Shown here: one piece after another, positions 9,870 through 18,803 of the stretch
Position numbering within the stretch: position 1 is the first letter of the stretch
How the letters are laid out: each line of letters begins with the position of its first letter
Origin: an uncultured delta proteobacterium
Lineage (GTDB): Bacteria > Myxococcota_A > UBA9160 > SZUA-336
Direction: 5' to 3'
Length of the DNA stretch: 64,000 nt
Assembly (NCBI GenBank): GCA_963704165.1
Contig: CAVPHD010000005.1
Span: forward strand, 96,001-160,000
Program-made: the position numbers and the translations under genes
The notes under the pieces: generated by a model
Seen by the model: the letters and a program-made list of their open reading frames with translations, nothing else
The model's database searches: none
Told to the model about the DNA's origin: nothing

Positions 9870-10127
9870 ATGAAGATCTTCAGACACGAAACGCGGCCGG
9901 CCGTCGGCATCTGGGGCGCGGCTGGCGACCAGACGCAGAAGCAGAAGCCGGGCTCCGGCGATTCGGGCAGCACTCCTTCCTCGGACGCAGGCGGGCAGAA
10001 GAAGCTCGCGAAGAAGGGCGAGGAGCTCAAAGAGGAGATGGACAATCTGATCGACGAGATCGACGAGGTCCTCGAGGCGAATGCCGAGGAGTTCGTGAAG
10101 AACTACGTTCAGCGCGGCGGCGAGTAG
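9870..10127 (+). CDS. pup: Prokaryotic ubiquitin-like protein Pup
   Basis: Disordered N-half, then DNLIDEIDEVLEANAEEFVKNYVQRGGE; RBS upstream; lies between dop and prcB. Confidence 0.96.
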   Translation: MKIFRHETRPAVGIWGAAGDQTQKQKPGSGDSGSTPSSDAGGQKKLAKKGEELKEEMDNLIDEIDEVLEANAEEFVKNYVQRGGE

Positions 10128-10131
10128 CCCG

Positions 10132-10914
10132 GTGTTCAAAGGTCAGACCTACGCCGGCGACAGCTTCTTCGAGTTCCTGCGCGTCGATCATCCCGGACTC
10201 CTGCCGGACTGGACGCACATGGATTGGACCCACGTCTCCTTGCTTCACGGCACGACGGTGCTCGCGATCGTGTGCAAGGAAGGCGCGCTCATGGCAGGTG
10301 ACAGGCTGGCGACCGAGGGACACCAGGTCGGGACGCGAGATCTCGAGAAGGTCTTCCGAATCGACGACTCGAGCCTGATGGCAATCGCCGGAGCCGCGGG
10401 CCCCGCGATCGAGATGGTCCGCATGTTCCAGCTCGAACTCGAGCACTTCGAGAAGCTGGATGGACAGCCGCTGAGCTTCGAAGGCAAGGCGAATCGGCTC
10501 TCGTTCCTGCTCCGTCAGAACCTGCCGGCCGCGATGCAGGGACTGGTGGTGATGCCGATCTTCGCCGGCTTCGACCACGACAAGGGACGCGGCCGAATCT
10601 ACAAGTTCGACATCACGGGCGGACGCTTCCGCGAGGCCGACTATTACTCGACGGGCTCCGGCGGAAAGGATGCGCGGAGTTCGCTCAAGCGGATCGTGCG
10701 CCACGAAGATCTCTCGCGTGAAGAGGCGATCCGCGCCGCCATCGAGGCTCTGGTCGACGCCGCCGACGAGGATCGCGCCACGGGTGGTATCGACGTCGTG
10801 CGCGGCATCTTCCCGACCGTGAAGCTGGCCACGCGATCTGGCGTCGAGGACGTACAGGACGACGAGTTGCGTCGGATCTACGAGGCGATCGCAGCCGAGA
10901 GACGAGCGGCCTGA
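10132..10914 (+). CDS. prcB: 20S proteasome beta subunit
   Basis: 40-aa propeptide ending HG|TT; Thr1, Asp17, Lys33 in register; TGSGG motif; LSFEGKANRL. Confidence 0.96.
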   Translation: MFKGQTYAGDSFFEFLRVDHPGLLPDWTHMDWTHVSLLHGTTVLAIVCKEGALMAGDRLATEGHQVGTRDLEKVFRIDDSSLMAIAGAAGPAIEMVRMFQLELEHFEKLDGQPLSFEGKANRLSFLLRQNLPAAMQGLVVMPIFAGFDHDKGRGRIYKFDITGGRFREADYYSTGSGGKDARSSLKRIVRHEDLSREEAIRAAIEALVDAADEDRATGGIDVVRGIFPTVKLATRSGVEDVQDDELRRIYEAIAAERRAA

Positions 10915-11603
10915 TGAGCACGCCCTTCTACGTTTCGCCGGAGCAGTGGTACCAGGACAAGGCCGAGTACGCGCGCAAGGGAATCGCGCGTGGCCGGCCG
11001 ATCGTCGCGCTCGAGTACGAGTCGGGCATCGTCATGATGGCCGAGAATCGCAGTGCGACGCTGCGCAAGATCTCCGAGATCTACGATCGCATCGCGTTCG
11101 GCGGGGTCGGAAAGCTCGACGAGTACGAGACCCTGAGGAAGTCGGGTGTGCGCTACGCCGACATGCGCGGTTACTCGTTCTCGCGCGAGGACGTCGCGGG
11201 GAAGAGCCTGGCGAACGAATACTCCAATGTCCTCGGCTCGGTCTTCACGCGCGAGATGAAGCCGCTCGAGGTCGAGATCCTCGTCGTCGAGATCAAGGAA
11301 CCCGGAAGCGCCCTCTATCAGATCCGCTACGACGGCAGCATGTCCGACATGACGCACTTCGCGACGATCGGAGGCGACGGCGACAAGCTCGGCGACGTGA
11401 TCCGGGCCGGCTGGAAGCCCGGATTGCCGCTCACCGACGCGGCGAAGCTCGCTCGGCGTGCGCTCGCTGGTTCGGGGAACTCGGGATCCATCGATGACCT
11501 CGACGAGAAGAGCCTCGAGATCGCGATCCTCGACCGCGCGCGCACAGGACGTACCTTCAGGCGGATCGTGGGCGAGGAGGCCAAGGCTCTCCTCCGAGAA
11601 TGA
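10914..11603 (+). CDS. prcA: 20S proteasome alpha subunit
   Basis: PFYVSPEQ..DKAEYARKGIARGR, KISEIYDRI, KPLEVE, LEIAILDR; TGATG overlap with prcB. Confidence 0.96.
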   Translation: MSTPFYVSPEQWYQDKAEYARKGIARGRPIVALEYESGIVMMAENRSATLRKISEIYDRIAFGGVGKLDEYETLRKSGVRYADMRGYSFSREDVAGKSLANEYSNVLGSVFTREMKPLEVEILVVEIKEPGSALYQIRYDGSMSDMTHFATIGGDGDKLGDVIRAGWKPGLPLTDAAKLARRALAGSGNSGSIDDLDEKSLEIAILDRARTGRTFRRIVGEEAKALLRE

Positions 11604-11617
11604 TCGGCGGGAACTAA

Positions 11618-13024
11618 GTGCAGAAGCGGATCTACGGTCTCGAGACGGAGTACGGGATCATATTCACGCCGGAGGGTCGCAAGACGCTGCCGGTCGAGAA
11701 GGCGATTCGCTTTCTGTTCGAGAAGCTGATCACGACCGAGCATTTCCTGAACGTGTTCTTGGAGAACGGCGCGCGCTTCTACCAGGACACCGGTTGTCAT
11801 CCGGAGTACGCGACGCCCGAATGCGCGAGCCCGAGAGATCTCGTGATCTTCGATCGAGCCGGCGAGCGCATCCTCGAGGACCTGCAGCTATACGCGGAAG
11901 AGAAGATCCGCGAAGAGCGCGTTCCGGGCAAGCTCTCGATCTTCAAGAACAACACCGACTTCGTCGGCAACTCCTATGGTTGTCACGAGAACTACCTGGT
12001 CGACCGCGACGTCGATTTCTACTACCTGGCCGAGCAGCTGATCCCGTTCCTGGTGACGCGTCAGATCTTCAGCGGCGCGGGAAAGGTCTTCCAGACGCAG
12101 GACGGGGTGCACTACTGCATCAGTCAGCGCGCGCAGCACATCTACCAGAAGATCTCGGGCACGACGACGAACGACCGCTCGATCATCAACACACGCGACG
12201 AGCCCCACGCCGACCGGGAGAAGTACCGCCGTCTTCACGTCATCGTCGGCGACTCGAACATGAGCGAGTACACGAACTTCGTGAAGATCGCGACCGCCGC
12301 GGTCGTGCTGCAGATGATCGAGGATGGCTTCATCAACAAGGACTTCACGCTCCGACACCCCGTGAAGGCGATCAAGGACATCTCGTACGACACGACCTGC
12401 AAGCGCAAGCTCCGTCTCGAGAACGGGCGCGAGTACTCACCGATCGAGATTCAGCGCGAGTACTGCGAGATGGCGCAGCGCTACATAGAGCAGTTCCCGG
12501 TCAGCGATCAGCTTCGCGAGGGTGTTCGCGAATGGCAGTACATCCTCGACTGCCTCGACAGTGATCCCGAGAAGCTCGACCGGAAGATCGATTGGATCAT
12601 CAAGCGGAAGGTGCTTCGCGGGTACATCGAGAAGCACCAGATCTCCTGGCACGACCCGCGGGTGTTCATGATCGACCTGCAGTTCCACGACCTGCGCCGT
12701 GACCGGGGCTTCTTCTACATGCTGGAGCGCAACGATCACGTCGATCGGCTCTATACCGACTCGGAGATCGAGAAGGCCAAGACCGAGCCGCCTCAGGACA
12801 CGCGCGCGCGAATGCGCGGTGACTTCATCAAGCTGGCCCGGCAGAACAACATCCAGTACGACCTCGACTGGTCGAACATCCGGCTCGGAAACCTTCTGAA
12901 CGTTCGCGTGATCTGCAACAACCCGTTCGAGACCGACACCGAGAAAGTCACGGAGCTCGTTCGCACGATCCAGAAGACGAACCTGCGCCGCACCTCGCTT
13001 TCCAAACTCGTGATTCAGAGCTGA
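11618..13024 (+). CDS. pafA: Pup-protein ligase PafA
   Basis: RIYGLETEYG, FLENGARFYQDTGCHPEYATPEC (catalytic Asp equivalent), SYGCHENYL, RSIINTRDEPHAD, PPQDTRARMRG, PafA-type C-terminus; lacks the Dop loop. Confidence 0.94.
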   Translation: MQKRIYGLETEYGIIFTPEGRKTLPVEKAIRFLFEKLITTEHFLNVFLENGARFYQDTGCHPEYATPECASPRDLVIFDRAGERILEDLQLYAEEKIREERVPGKLSIFKNNTDFVGNSYGCHENYLVDRDVDFYYLAEQLIPFLVTRQIFSGAGKVFQTQDGVHYCISQRAQHIYQKISGTTTNDRSIINTRDEPHADREKYRRLHVIVGDSNMSEYTNFVKIATAAVVLQMIEDGFINKDFTLRHPVKAIKDISYDTTCKRKLRLENGREYSPIEIQREYCEMAQRYIEQFPVSDQLREGVREWQYILDCLDSDPEKLDRKIDWIIKRKVLRGYIEKHQISWHDPRVFMIDLQFHDLRRDRGFFYMLERNDHVDRLYTDSEIEKAKTEPPQDTRARMRGDFIKLARQNNIQYDLDWSNIRLGNLLNVRVICNNPFETDTEKVTELVRTIQKTNLRRTSLSKLVIQS

Positions 13025-13028
13025 CCCA

Positions 13029-13403
13029 ATGGACCAGGAACCCAAGCTTCGATCCGTTCCACCCGGCGCGCCCTCGGGGCCCGCGACCCGCCGCGATCCG
13101 CTCGCACGATCCGAGCCAGATCCGCCACGGAATCGCACGCAGCTCGTGCTGGCCACCGCGCTCGCGCTCGCGCTCGTCCTGTTGGTCTGGAGCTACTTCT
13201 CGCTCGGTTCGCGCATCGACTCGCTCGAAGGCGAAGCGCAGGTTCTGCGCGCGGCCGTCGCCGAACGGGATGAGCTGATCAACGCCCAGCGCAACCGTCT
13301 CGACGAGGTTCGTGGCCGCGTGAAGGAGTTGCTCCAGATCGTCGAGCAACCCGTGACCGGCGAGCCCGCGCCCGCCCCTGAAGCGACCCCCGCGAACCCG
13401 TAA
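13029..13403 (+). CDS. Single-pass membrane protein with coiled coil
   Basis: Pro-rich N-terminus, TM helix LVLATALALALVLLVWSYF, heptad region; starts 4 nt after the pafA stop. Confidence 0.75.
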   Translation: MDQEPKLRSVPPGAPSGPATRRDPLARSEPDPPRNRTQLVLATALALALVLLVWSYFSLGSRIDSLEGEAQVLRAAVAERDELINAQRNRLDEVRGRVKELLQIVEQPVTGEPAPAPEATPANP

Positions 13404-13505
13404 CCCGCAGCTGAACCCGGCGCGCGCACTCAGGGTCCGGTGCCTTCTTGCCGATGAAGGAGGAGGCATGGGGCGCGGTCCCCCTCGAGATTCGGAGCCG
13501 ACACG

Positions 13506-14540
13506 ATGTACAGGTGGCTTGCTGGGCTGCTCTCGAACGATCTCGCCATCGATCTCGGGACGGCCAATGTGCTCGTCTACGTCAAAGGTCGCGGGATCAT
13601 CTGCAGTGAACCGTCGGTCGTAGCCGTTGCGGACGGGCCGAACGGGACCCGAAAGGTCCTCGCTGTTGGCACCGAGGCCAAAGAAATGATCGGCCGTACG
13701 CCAGGCTCGATCCGTGCGATCCGCCCGATCCAGGACGGCGTCATCGCCGACTTCGAGGTCACGGAGGCGATGCTCCGATACTTCATCCAGAAGGCCCACA
13801 ATCGTCGGCGCCTGGTCCGCCCGCGGATCGTGATCTGCGTTCCGCCGTGCATCACCTCCGTCGAGAAACGCGCCGTGCGCGAATCGGCGATGTCCGCGGG
13901 CGCGCGCGAGGTCTACCTGATGGAAGAGCCGATGGCAGCGGCGATCGGCGCGGGTCTGAACGTCACCGAGCCGACCGGGAACATGGTGATCGACATCGGC
14001 GGCGGCACGACCGACGTGGCCGTGATCTCGATGGCCGGGATCGTCACGTCGAGCTCCGTGCGCGTCGGTGGCGACAAGCTCGACGAAGCGATCATCCACT
14101 ACGTCAAGCGCAAGCACAATCTCCTCGTCGGCGAGCGAACGGCCGAGATCATCAAGATCACGATCGGCACCGCGATGGCTACCGGCCCGACGAAGACCAT
14201 GGAGATCAAGGGCCGCGACCTCGTCGCCGGCATCCCGAAGATGATCGTGCTCTCGAGTGACGAGGTGCGTGAAGCGCTCTCCGAGCCGATCCATCAGATC
14301 ATCGACACGGTCCTGCAGACGCTCGAACGCACGCCGCCCGAGCTCGCCGCCGACATCGTCGATCGGGGAATCGTTCTCGTGGGCGGTGGCGCGCTTCTGC
14401 GCGACTTCGATCAGCTTCTGCGCCAGGAGACGAAGCTGCCGATCGTGCGCAGCGACGATCCGTTCACTGCCGTCGCGGCGGGCGCGGGAAAGGCGCTGGA
14501 CAACATCGGCCTTCTGCGCGAAGTCGCGATGGCCTACTGA
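13506..14540 (+). CDS. mreB: Rod shape-determining protein MreB
   Basis: AIDLGTAN, GVIADFE, EEPMAAAIGAG, DIGGGTTDVA, GRDLVAGIPK, TPPELAADI, GGGALLR. Confidence 0.97.
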   Translation: MYRWLAGLLSNDLAIDLGTANVLVYVKGRGIICSEPSVVAVADGPNGTRKVLAVGTEAKEMIGRTPGSIRAIRPIQDGVIADFEVTEAMLRYFIQKAHNRRRLVRPRIVICVPPCITSVEKRAVRESAMSAGAREVYLMEEPMAAAIGAGLNVTEPTGNMVIDIGGGTTDVAVISMAGIVTSSSVRVGGDKLDEAIIHYVKRKHNLLVGERTAEIIKITIGTAMATGPTKTMEIKGRDLVAGIPKMIVLSSDEVREALSEPIHQIIDTVLQTLERTPPELAADIVDRGIVLVGGGALLRDFDQLLRQETKLPIVRSDDPFTAVAAGAGKALDNIGLLREVAMAY

Positions 14541-14542
14541 CG

Positions 14543-15145
14543 CTATTCGGGCGTCATGATGGCCATCGCCATCTTCATCGGCACTTCGACGTCGCCGCCG
14601 AGCTCGAGCTTCCCCGTCATGAATGCGCCCTGAAGGTCGATCTCGCCGCTGAGCAGCTGGCCGAACTCTACGTCCCCGATCGAGACCTTCGTCGTGGATT
14701 TCGGCACCGGGGGCGCGCCGAAATGCAGCACGACACCCCAGTCCGCTTCGCTCTTCACTTCGAGCTGGAGCGTACCCCCGACCTCACGAAGCGCGGCGAC
14801 GCGCGCTGGCGTGAGCACGAAATCGGGATTCCCGCCGACCCCGCCGAGTAGCGCCATCGGCGACGGGCCGACGGTCGCCTCGAGCCGGCTGCAGTCCGAT
14901 TCCGAGAGGGCGAGCGTCACGAGCGGATCTGCGTGGACCGTCTCGGCGCAGCGCATTTCACCGTGCTCGACCACGAGGTGGAAGCGGCCGCTGGCGCCGA
15001 CCTCGACCTCGAGCGCGAAATCCGCGGCGCGCATCTTCGCGAGCAGTTCCGCGCCATCCGCGCCACGTGCGACCTGAGCCGCGAGGCGCTGGTTCCAAGC
15101 TGCGGGTACCTCTTTTCCGAAATACTCAGCGGCGCTGGCCATCAT
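14543..15145 (-). CDS. SCP2 sterol/lipid-binding domain protein
   Basis: C-terminal DLQGAFMTGKLELGGD SCP2 signature; second degenerate SCP2-like unit N-terminally. Confidence 0.75.
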   Translation of the reverse strand: MMASAAEYFGKEVPAAWNQRLAAQVARGADGAELLAKMRAADFALEVEVGASGRFHLVVEHGEMRCAETVHADPLVTLALSESDCSRLEATVGPSPMALLGGVGGNPDFVLTPARVAALREVGGTLQLEVKSEADWGVVLHFGAPPVPKSTTKVSIGDVEFGQLLSGEIDLQGAFMTGKLELGGDVEVPMKMAMAIMTPE

Positions 15146-16199
15146 CGCTCCTCACCAGATTCCTCCGGCGTTTGCTCTGATACCGTTTTACCGCGGCGTT
15201 GTGGTCGGTCAAGTTGGTCGAGAACACGTGCGAACCGTCGTTTCGCGCCACGAAATACAGATAGGGCACGTCCGCGGGGAAGAGCACCGCCCGGATCGCC
15301 TCGATCGATGGACTCGCGATCGGGCTCGGTGGCAACCCCGTGCGCGTGTACGTGTTCCAGGCGTTGTCCTCGCGAAGATCACGACTGCGGATGTCGCCGT
15401 CGAACGACCCGCGCGTCTGCACGATTCCGTAGATGACCGTCGGATCGGACTGAAGTCGCATTCCGATCCGCAATCGATTGCGATACACGCCCGCGATCAG
15501 CGGGCGTTCGTCGGCCCGTGCGGATTCCTTCTCGACGATCGACGCCAGCGTCACGACCTGATCGAGCGTGAAACCGGAGCTCGCGATCGACTCCAGATCC
15601 TCCGGCGTGAGCCGCTTGCGGAACTCCGCGAGCATGCGCTCGAGAACGTCCTCGGGCGGAGTGTGCCGTCGGAAGCGGTAGGTTTCGGGATAGGCGTAGC
15701 CCTCTAGCGATTTCGCCTGCAGCCCGAGCCCGCTCGCGAAGCTCGGGTCGCGCGCCAGCGCGAGAAAGGCCGTACCATCGGTGATGTCCGCGTTGCCGAG
15801 GCGCAGCGCGATCTCGTCGAGGCGCAGGCCCTCGGGCAACGTGACCTCGTGCATCTTGACCTTGCCGCGCACGATCCTGTCGAGGATCTCGATGGGGGTC
15901 ATGGCGGCCGAGAGTTCGTACTCGCCGCTCTTGATCGCGCGGTCCTTGCCGCTGAGGCGCGCATAGACGACGAGTGCGCGCGGGCCGAACAGGGCGCGTT
16001 TCGGGAGCAACTGCGCTTCGGCGAGGCGCTTCGCGATCGGCGCGAGCGACTCGCCGGGCGCAACCCAGAAGATGGTGTTGCCAGCGGCGGGATCGGCGGG
16101 CTCGCGCAGCCCCGAGGCGACGAACCCGAGCGCGATCGAGACGGCGATGGCCATCGCGCCGACGACCGCGATGGCGGCGAGGGCGGGCTTCCGCCTCAT
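15126..16199 (-). CDS. mltG: Endolytic transglycosylase MltG (YceG)
   Basis: N-terminal TM, VTLPEG, LEGYAYPETY, LASIVEKE, NRLRIGMRLQSDPT, NTY..GLPPSPI. Confidence 0.96.
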   Translation of the reverse strand: MRRKPALAAIAVVGAMAIAVSIALGFVASGLREPADPAAGNTIFWVAPGESLAPIAKRLAEAQLLPKRALFGPRALVVYARLSGKDRAIKSGEYELSAAMTPIEILDRIVRGKVKMHEVTLPEGLRLDEIALRLGNADITDGTAFLALARDPSFASGLGLQAKSLEGYAYPETYRFRRHTPPEDVLERMLAEFRKRLTPEDLESIASSGFTLDQVVTLASIVEKESARADERPLIAGVYRNRLRIGMRLQSDPTVIYGIVQTRGSFDGDIRSRDLREDNAWNTYTRTGLPPSPIASPSIEAIRAVLFPADVPYLYFVARNDGSHVFSTNLTDHNAAVKRYQSKRRRNLVRSDDGQRR

Positions 16200-16612
16200 C
16201 GACGCTGGCGTTCCAGCCAGGTGCTGAGGAGAAGCGAGGCGGCGATCGGATCCACGCGTCCGCGCTGCTTCTTCCGGGAGACACCGGAGTCGTCGAGCAT
16301 CCGCTCCGCCTCGCGCGAGGTCCAGCGCTCGTCCAGATACTCGACCGGAACACCCGTGCGCTTTCTCACGCGCTCGCCGAACGCATTCGTGCGCTCGACT
16401 TCCGGGCCGGCGCGGCCGTCCATGTGCAGCGGCAGGCCGATCACGATCTGACCGACTTCACGCGTCGCCACGATCTCCGCGATTCGAGACAGCGCCGCGG
16501 CATCGCCGCGCTTGGTCACGATCGTCTCGAGCGGCTGGGCGAGCATGCCCAGCGAGTCGCTGATCGCGACACCGATGCGGGCTTCGCCGTAGTCGAGAGC
16601 CAGGGTGCGCAC
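16196..16612 (-). CDS. ruvX: RuvX/YqgF family nuclease
   Basis: LALDYGEARIGVAISD, VIGLP, DERWTS, VDPIAA. Confidence 0.95.
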   Translation of the reverse strand: MRTLALDYGEARIGVAISDSLGMLAQPLETIVTKRGDAAALSRIAEIVATREVGQIVIGLPLHMDGRAGPEVERTNAFGERVRKRTGVPVEYLDERWTSREAERMLDDSGVSRKKQRGRVDPIAASLLLSTWLERQRR

Positions 16613-16657
16613 CTCCAGATCATAGCCGCGATCCGAGCGTGGCCCTTGCGACCCTCG

Positions 16658-18157
16658 TCACGCTTTGTTCGCGAGCGCTCCGGCCAGTCGGCGCAATCCC
16701 TCCCGACAGGATTGGCGCACGGCGGGGTCCCCCCGGTGTTCGTGTCTCCGCAGCGCCTGCAGCGCGGGAACCCCGCCGATCTGGGTGATCGCCTGCGCAG
16801 AGGCCACCCGCAGCCCGCGAAATCGAGAGGCTCGGAGGAACGGCGCGCGGTCGAGAATCTGCGACAACGCGGTGATGGCCGCGGGATTGCCGATTCGGCC
16901 GAGGCTGTGAATCGCGGCCCGGCGCACGCTCTCCGCGCGATGTTGCCGTTCGTCGATGACCTCGTACAGCGCCGGAAGCGCCTCGGGCCGACGCAGGCCT
17001 CCGAGGCAGCCCGCGCAAGCCTCCGCGATCTCATCGCCCGCCCGAAGGCCGTCGACCAGCGCCTTCAGTGCGCCATCGTCGCCGATTCGAGCCAGCGCCA
17101 GAGCTGCCTCGCGGCCGAGCGACGCGTCGGGCCCCGCGAGGGCGTCGGCCAGGAAGCTGACGCCTCTTGGGTTCTGCATCTCGCCGAGCAGGCGCGCGGC
17201 GCGGCGCGCGCGTTCCGGCTGCTGCGCGGCGAGCTCATCCACGACCTGTGCGAGGGCGTCGTCGCCGAGCGCGATCAGGAGCTGCGTCACGCGGGCGCGC
17301 GACGCGTCCTTGCGGCTCTCCAGCTGACGGAGCAGGCGCGGCACGGCGATCGTTCCGATCGCGATCAGGACCTGGCTCGCCTGCACGCTCGCCAGGCCCG
17401 AATTCCCGCACGCCTGCTCGACGACGGCATCGAGCAGGTCGTCCTTGCGGCCGAGCCGACCGAGTCGGTCCAATGCCTCCCGGCGAATCGAATCGGGGCG
17501 ATGATGACGATCGGTCGCGTGCCGGGCGAGCACGAGCGCCGCGCGATACGCCTCCATGCTGCGCTTGGCGCGCACGAGCACGTCCACCGACGCCTCGATC
17601 TTGTTCGCGGTCAGGTTGTAGCTCGCGACGTCGTCACAGGTTTCGAGCTCCGAGAGGTGTCGGACGAGGTTGGCAATGTGCTGGGTCAGGAACGCGTTCG
17701 ATTCCGTGCTCGCCGATGCGTCGCCGTTCGGCTTGCGTTCGACCGCCTCGATCGTGCGTGTCCCTGCGGTTCGCAGCGCGCCGGGCAGACCGCCCTGATG
17801 CGCGAGCACCTCGGGTTCTCGCGCGAGCGCCTCGATCACGATCTCGAACTCGGCCGCCGTCGGATCGCCGCAGAAGCGCAAGCGTTGCAGCCGACGCACG
17901 CGCATCTCGTCTGCGAACTCACCCGCACCGGGTCCCGAGATCGGCACGTCGCCGTCGAGCACGAGCCCCGCGTCGCCGACTTCGAGCGCAAACTCGCGCG
18001 CGCTTGCGGGGAGGGCGCGACTCGCCGATTCGCAGCGCTGCACCGCCTCTGTGACGATCGGATGCGTCGGCGGGTGCACGCGCCGGGCGCGGATCGCGCG
18101 CGTCAGCTCGAACACGAGCGGCGCGACGTCTCGTGAGGTCGCTCTTCCCGTTTGCAT
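16658..18157 (-). CDS. HEAT-repeat protein
   Basis: Repeated AARLLGE / AALALARIG / AAIHSLGRIG helical pairs in the C-terminal half. Confidence 0.8.
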   Translation of the reverse strand: MQTGRATSRDVAPLVFELTRAIRARRVHPPTHPIVTEAVQRCESASRALPASAREFALEVGDAGLVLDGDVPISGPGAGEFADEMRVRRLQRLRFCGDPTAAEFEIVIEALAREPEVLAHQGGLPGALRTAGTRTIEAVERKPNGDASASTESNAFLTQHIANLVRHLSELETCDDVASYNLTANKIEASVDVLVRAKRSMEAYRAALVLARHATDRHHRPDSIRREALDRLGRLGRKDDLLDAVVEQACGNSGLASVQASQVLIAIGTIAVPRLLRQLESRKDASRARVTQLLIALGDDALAQVVDELAAQQPERARRAARLLGEMQNPRGVSFLADALAGPDASLGREAALALARIGDDGALKALVDGLRAGDEIAEACAGCLGGLRRPEALPALYEVIDERQHRAESVRRAAIHSLGRIGNPAAITALSQILDRAPFLRASRFRGLRVASAQAITQIGGVPALQALRRHEHRGDPAVRQSCREGLRRLAGALANKA

Positions 18158-18278
18158 CGCTCCCCTCGAATCGCAGGATCGGCCGGCGCGACGCCCCGCT
18201 TGAGCGGGGAGCTGCCGCTCGCTGAGAGTTCTGCTCCCAGCTGGCGGAGCTATCGAGTTTCGCTATTCATTCGTCTTC

Positions 18279-18307
18279 TTGACGCCCAGATCGACGCGGC
18301 CTAGGAT
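18279..18307 (+). promoter_or_regulatory. Sigma-70-type promoter for pgpA-cinA-thpR-recA
   Basis: TTGACG (18279-18284), 17-nt spacer, TAGGAT (18302-18307). Confidence 0.6.
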
Positions 18308-18338
18308 CGGCAAAGGATCCAGAAGTGCTTGAATTTCA

Positions 18339-18803
18339 ATGAGAATATTCATTCTCGCGATCGCCACGGGGGCTGGGTCGGGGTATGCACCGATCGCTTC
18401 CGGGACGTTCGGCTCGGCCGTTGGGCTGCTGCTTTGGTGGGCGATCGCGGGATCGGGTCCGGTTCTCTACGGGGTCGCGCTCCTGATCGTGGTGCTGATC
18501 GGGATCTGGGCCGCCAACCGGGCGCAGGCGATCTTCCGGCGCCACGATGACGGCCGCATCACGATCGACGAAGTCGCTGGAATGCTGCTCTCGCTCTTCT
18601 GGCTGCCCGCACGTCCGGAGGTCGTGGCGGCCGGTTTCTTGTTGTTCCGCCTCTTCGACATCTGGAAGCCCGAGCCCGCCCGTGCCGCGGAGCGGCTTCC
18701 CGGGGGCGTCGGCGTGATGGCGGACGACCTCGTCGCCGGCCTGTACGCGAACCTCGCTGGACAGCTGCTCTGGCGCGTGATCTTCGCGGAGAGCTCCGCG
18801 TGA
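18339..18803 (+). CDS. pgpA: Phosphatidylglycerophosphatase A
   Basis: APIASGTFGS, TIDEVAG, FRLFDIWKP, GVMADDLVAG. Confidence 0.95.
   Translation: MRIFILAIATGAGSGYAPIASGTFGSAVGLLLWWAIAGSGPVLYGVALLIVVLIGIWAANRAQAIFRRHDDGRITIDEVAGMLLSLFWLPARPEVVAAGFLLFRLFDIWKPEPARAAERLPGGVGVMADDLVAGLYANLAGQLLWRVIFAESSA

Noticed and set aside
9870..10127. Tag as UBact rather than Pup
   Set aside because: Ends in GGE with the Pup core DEIDEVLE.NAEEFV..YVQ, not R[S/T]G[E/Q]
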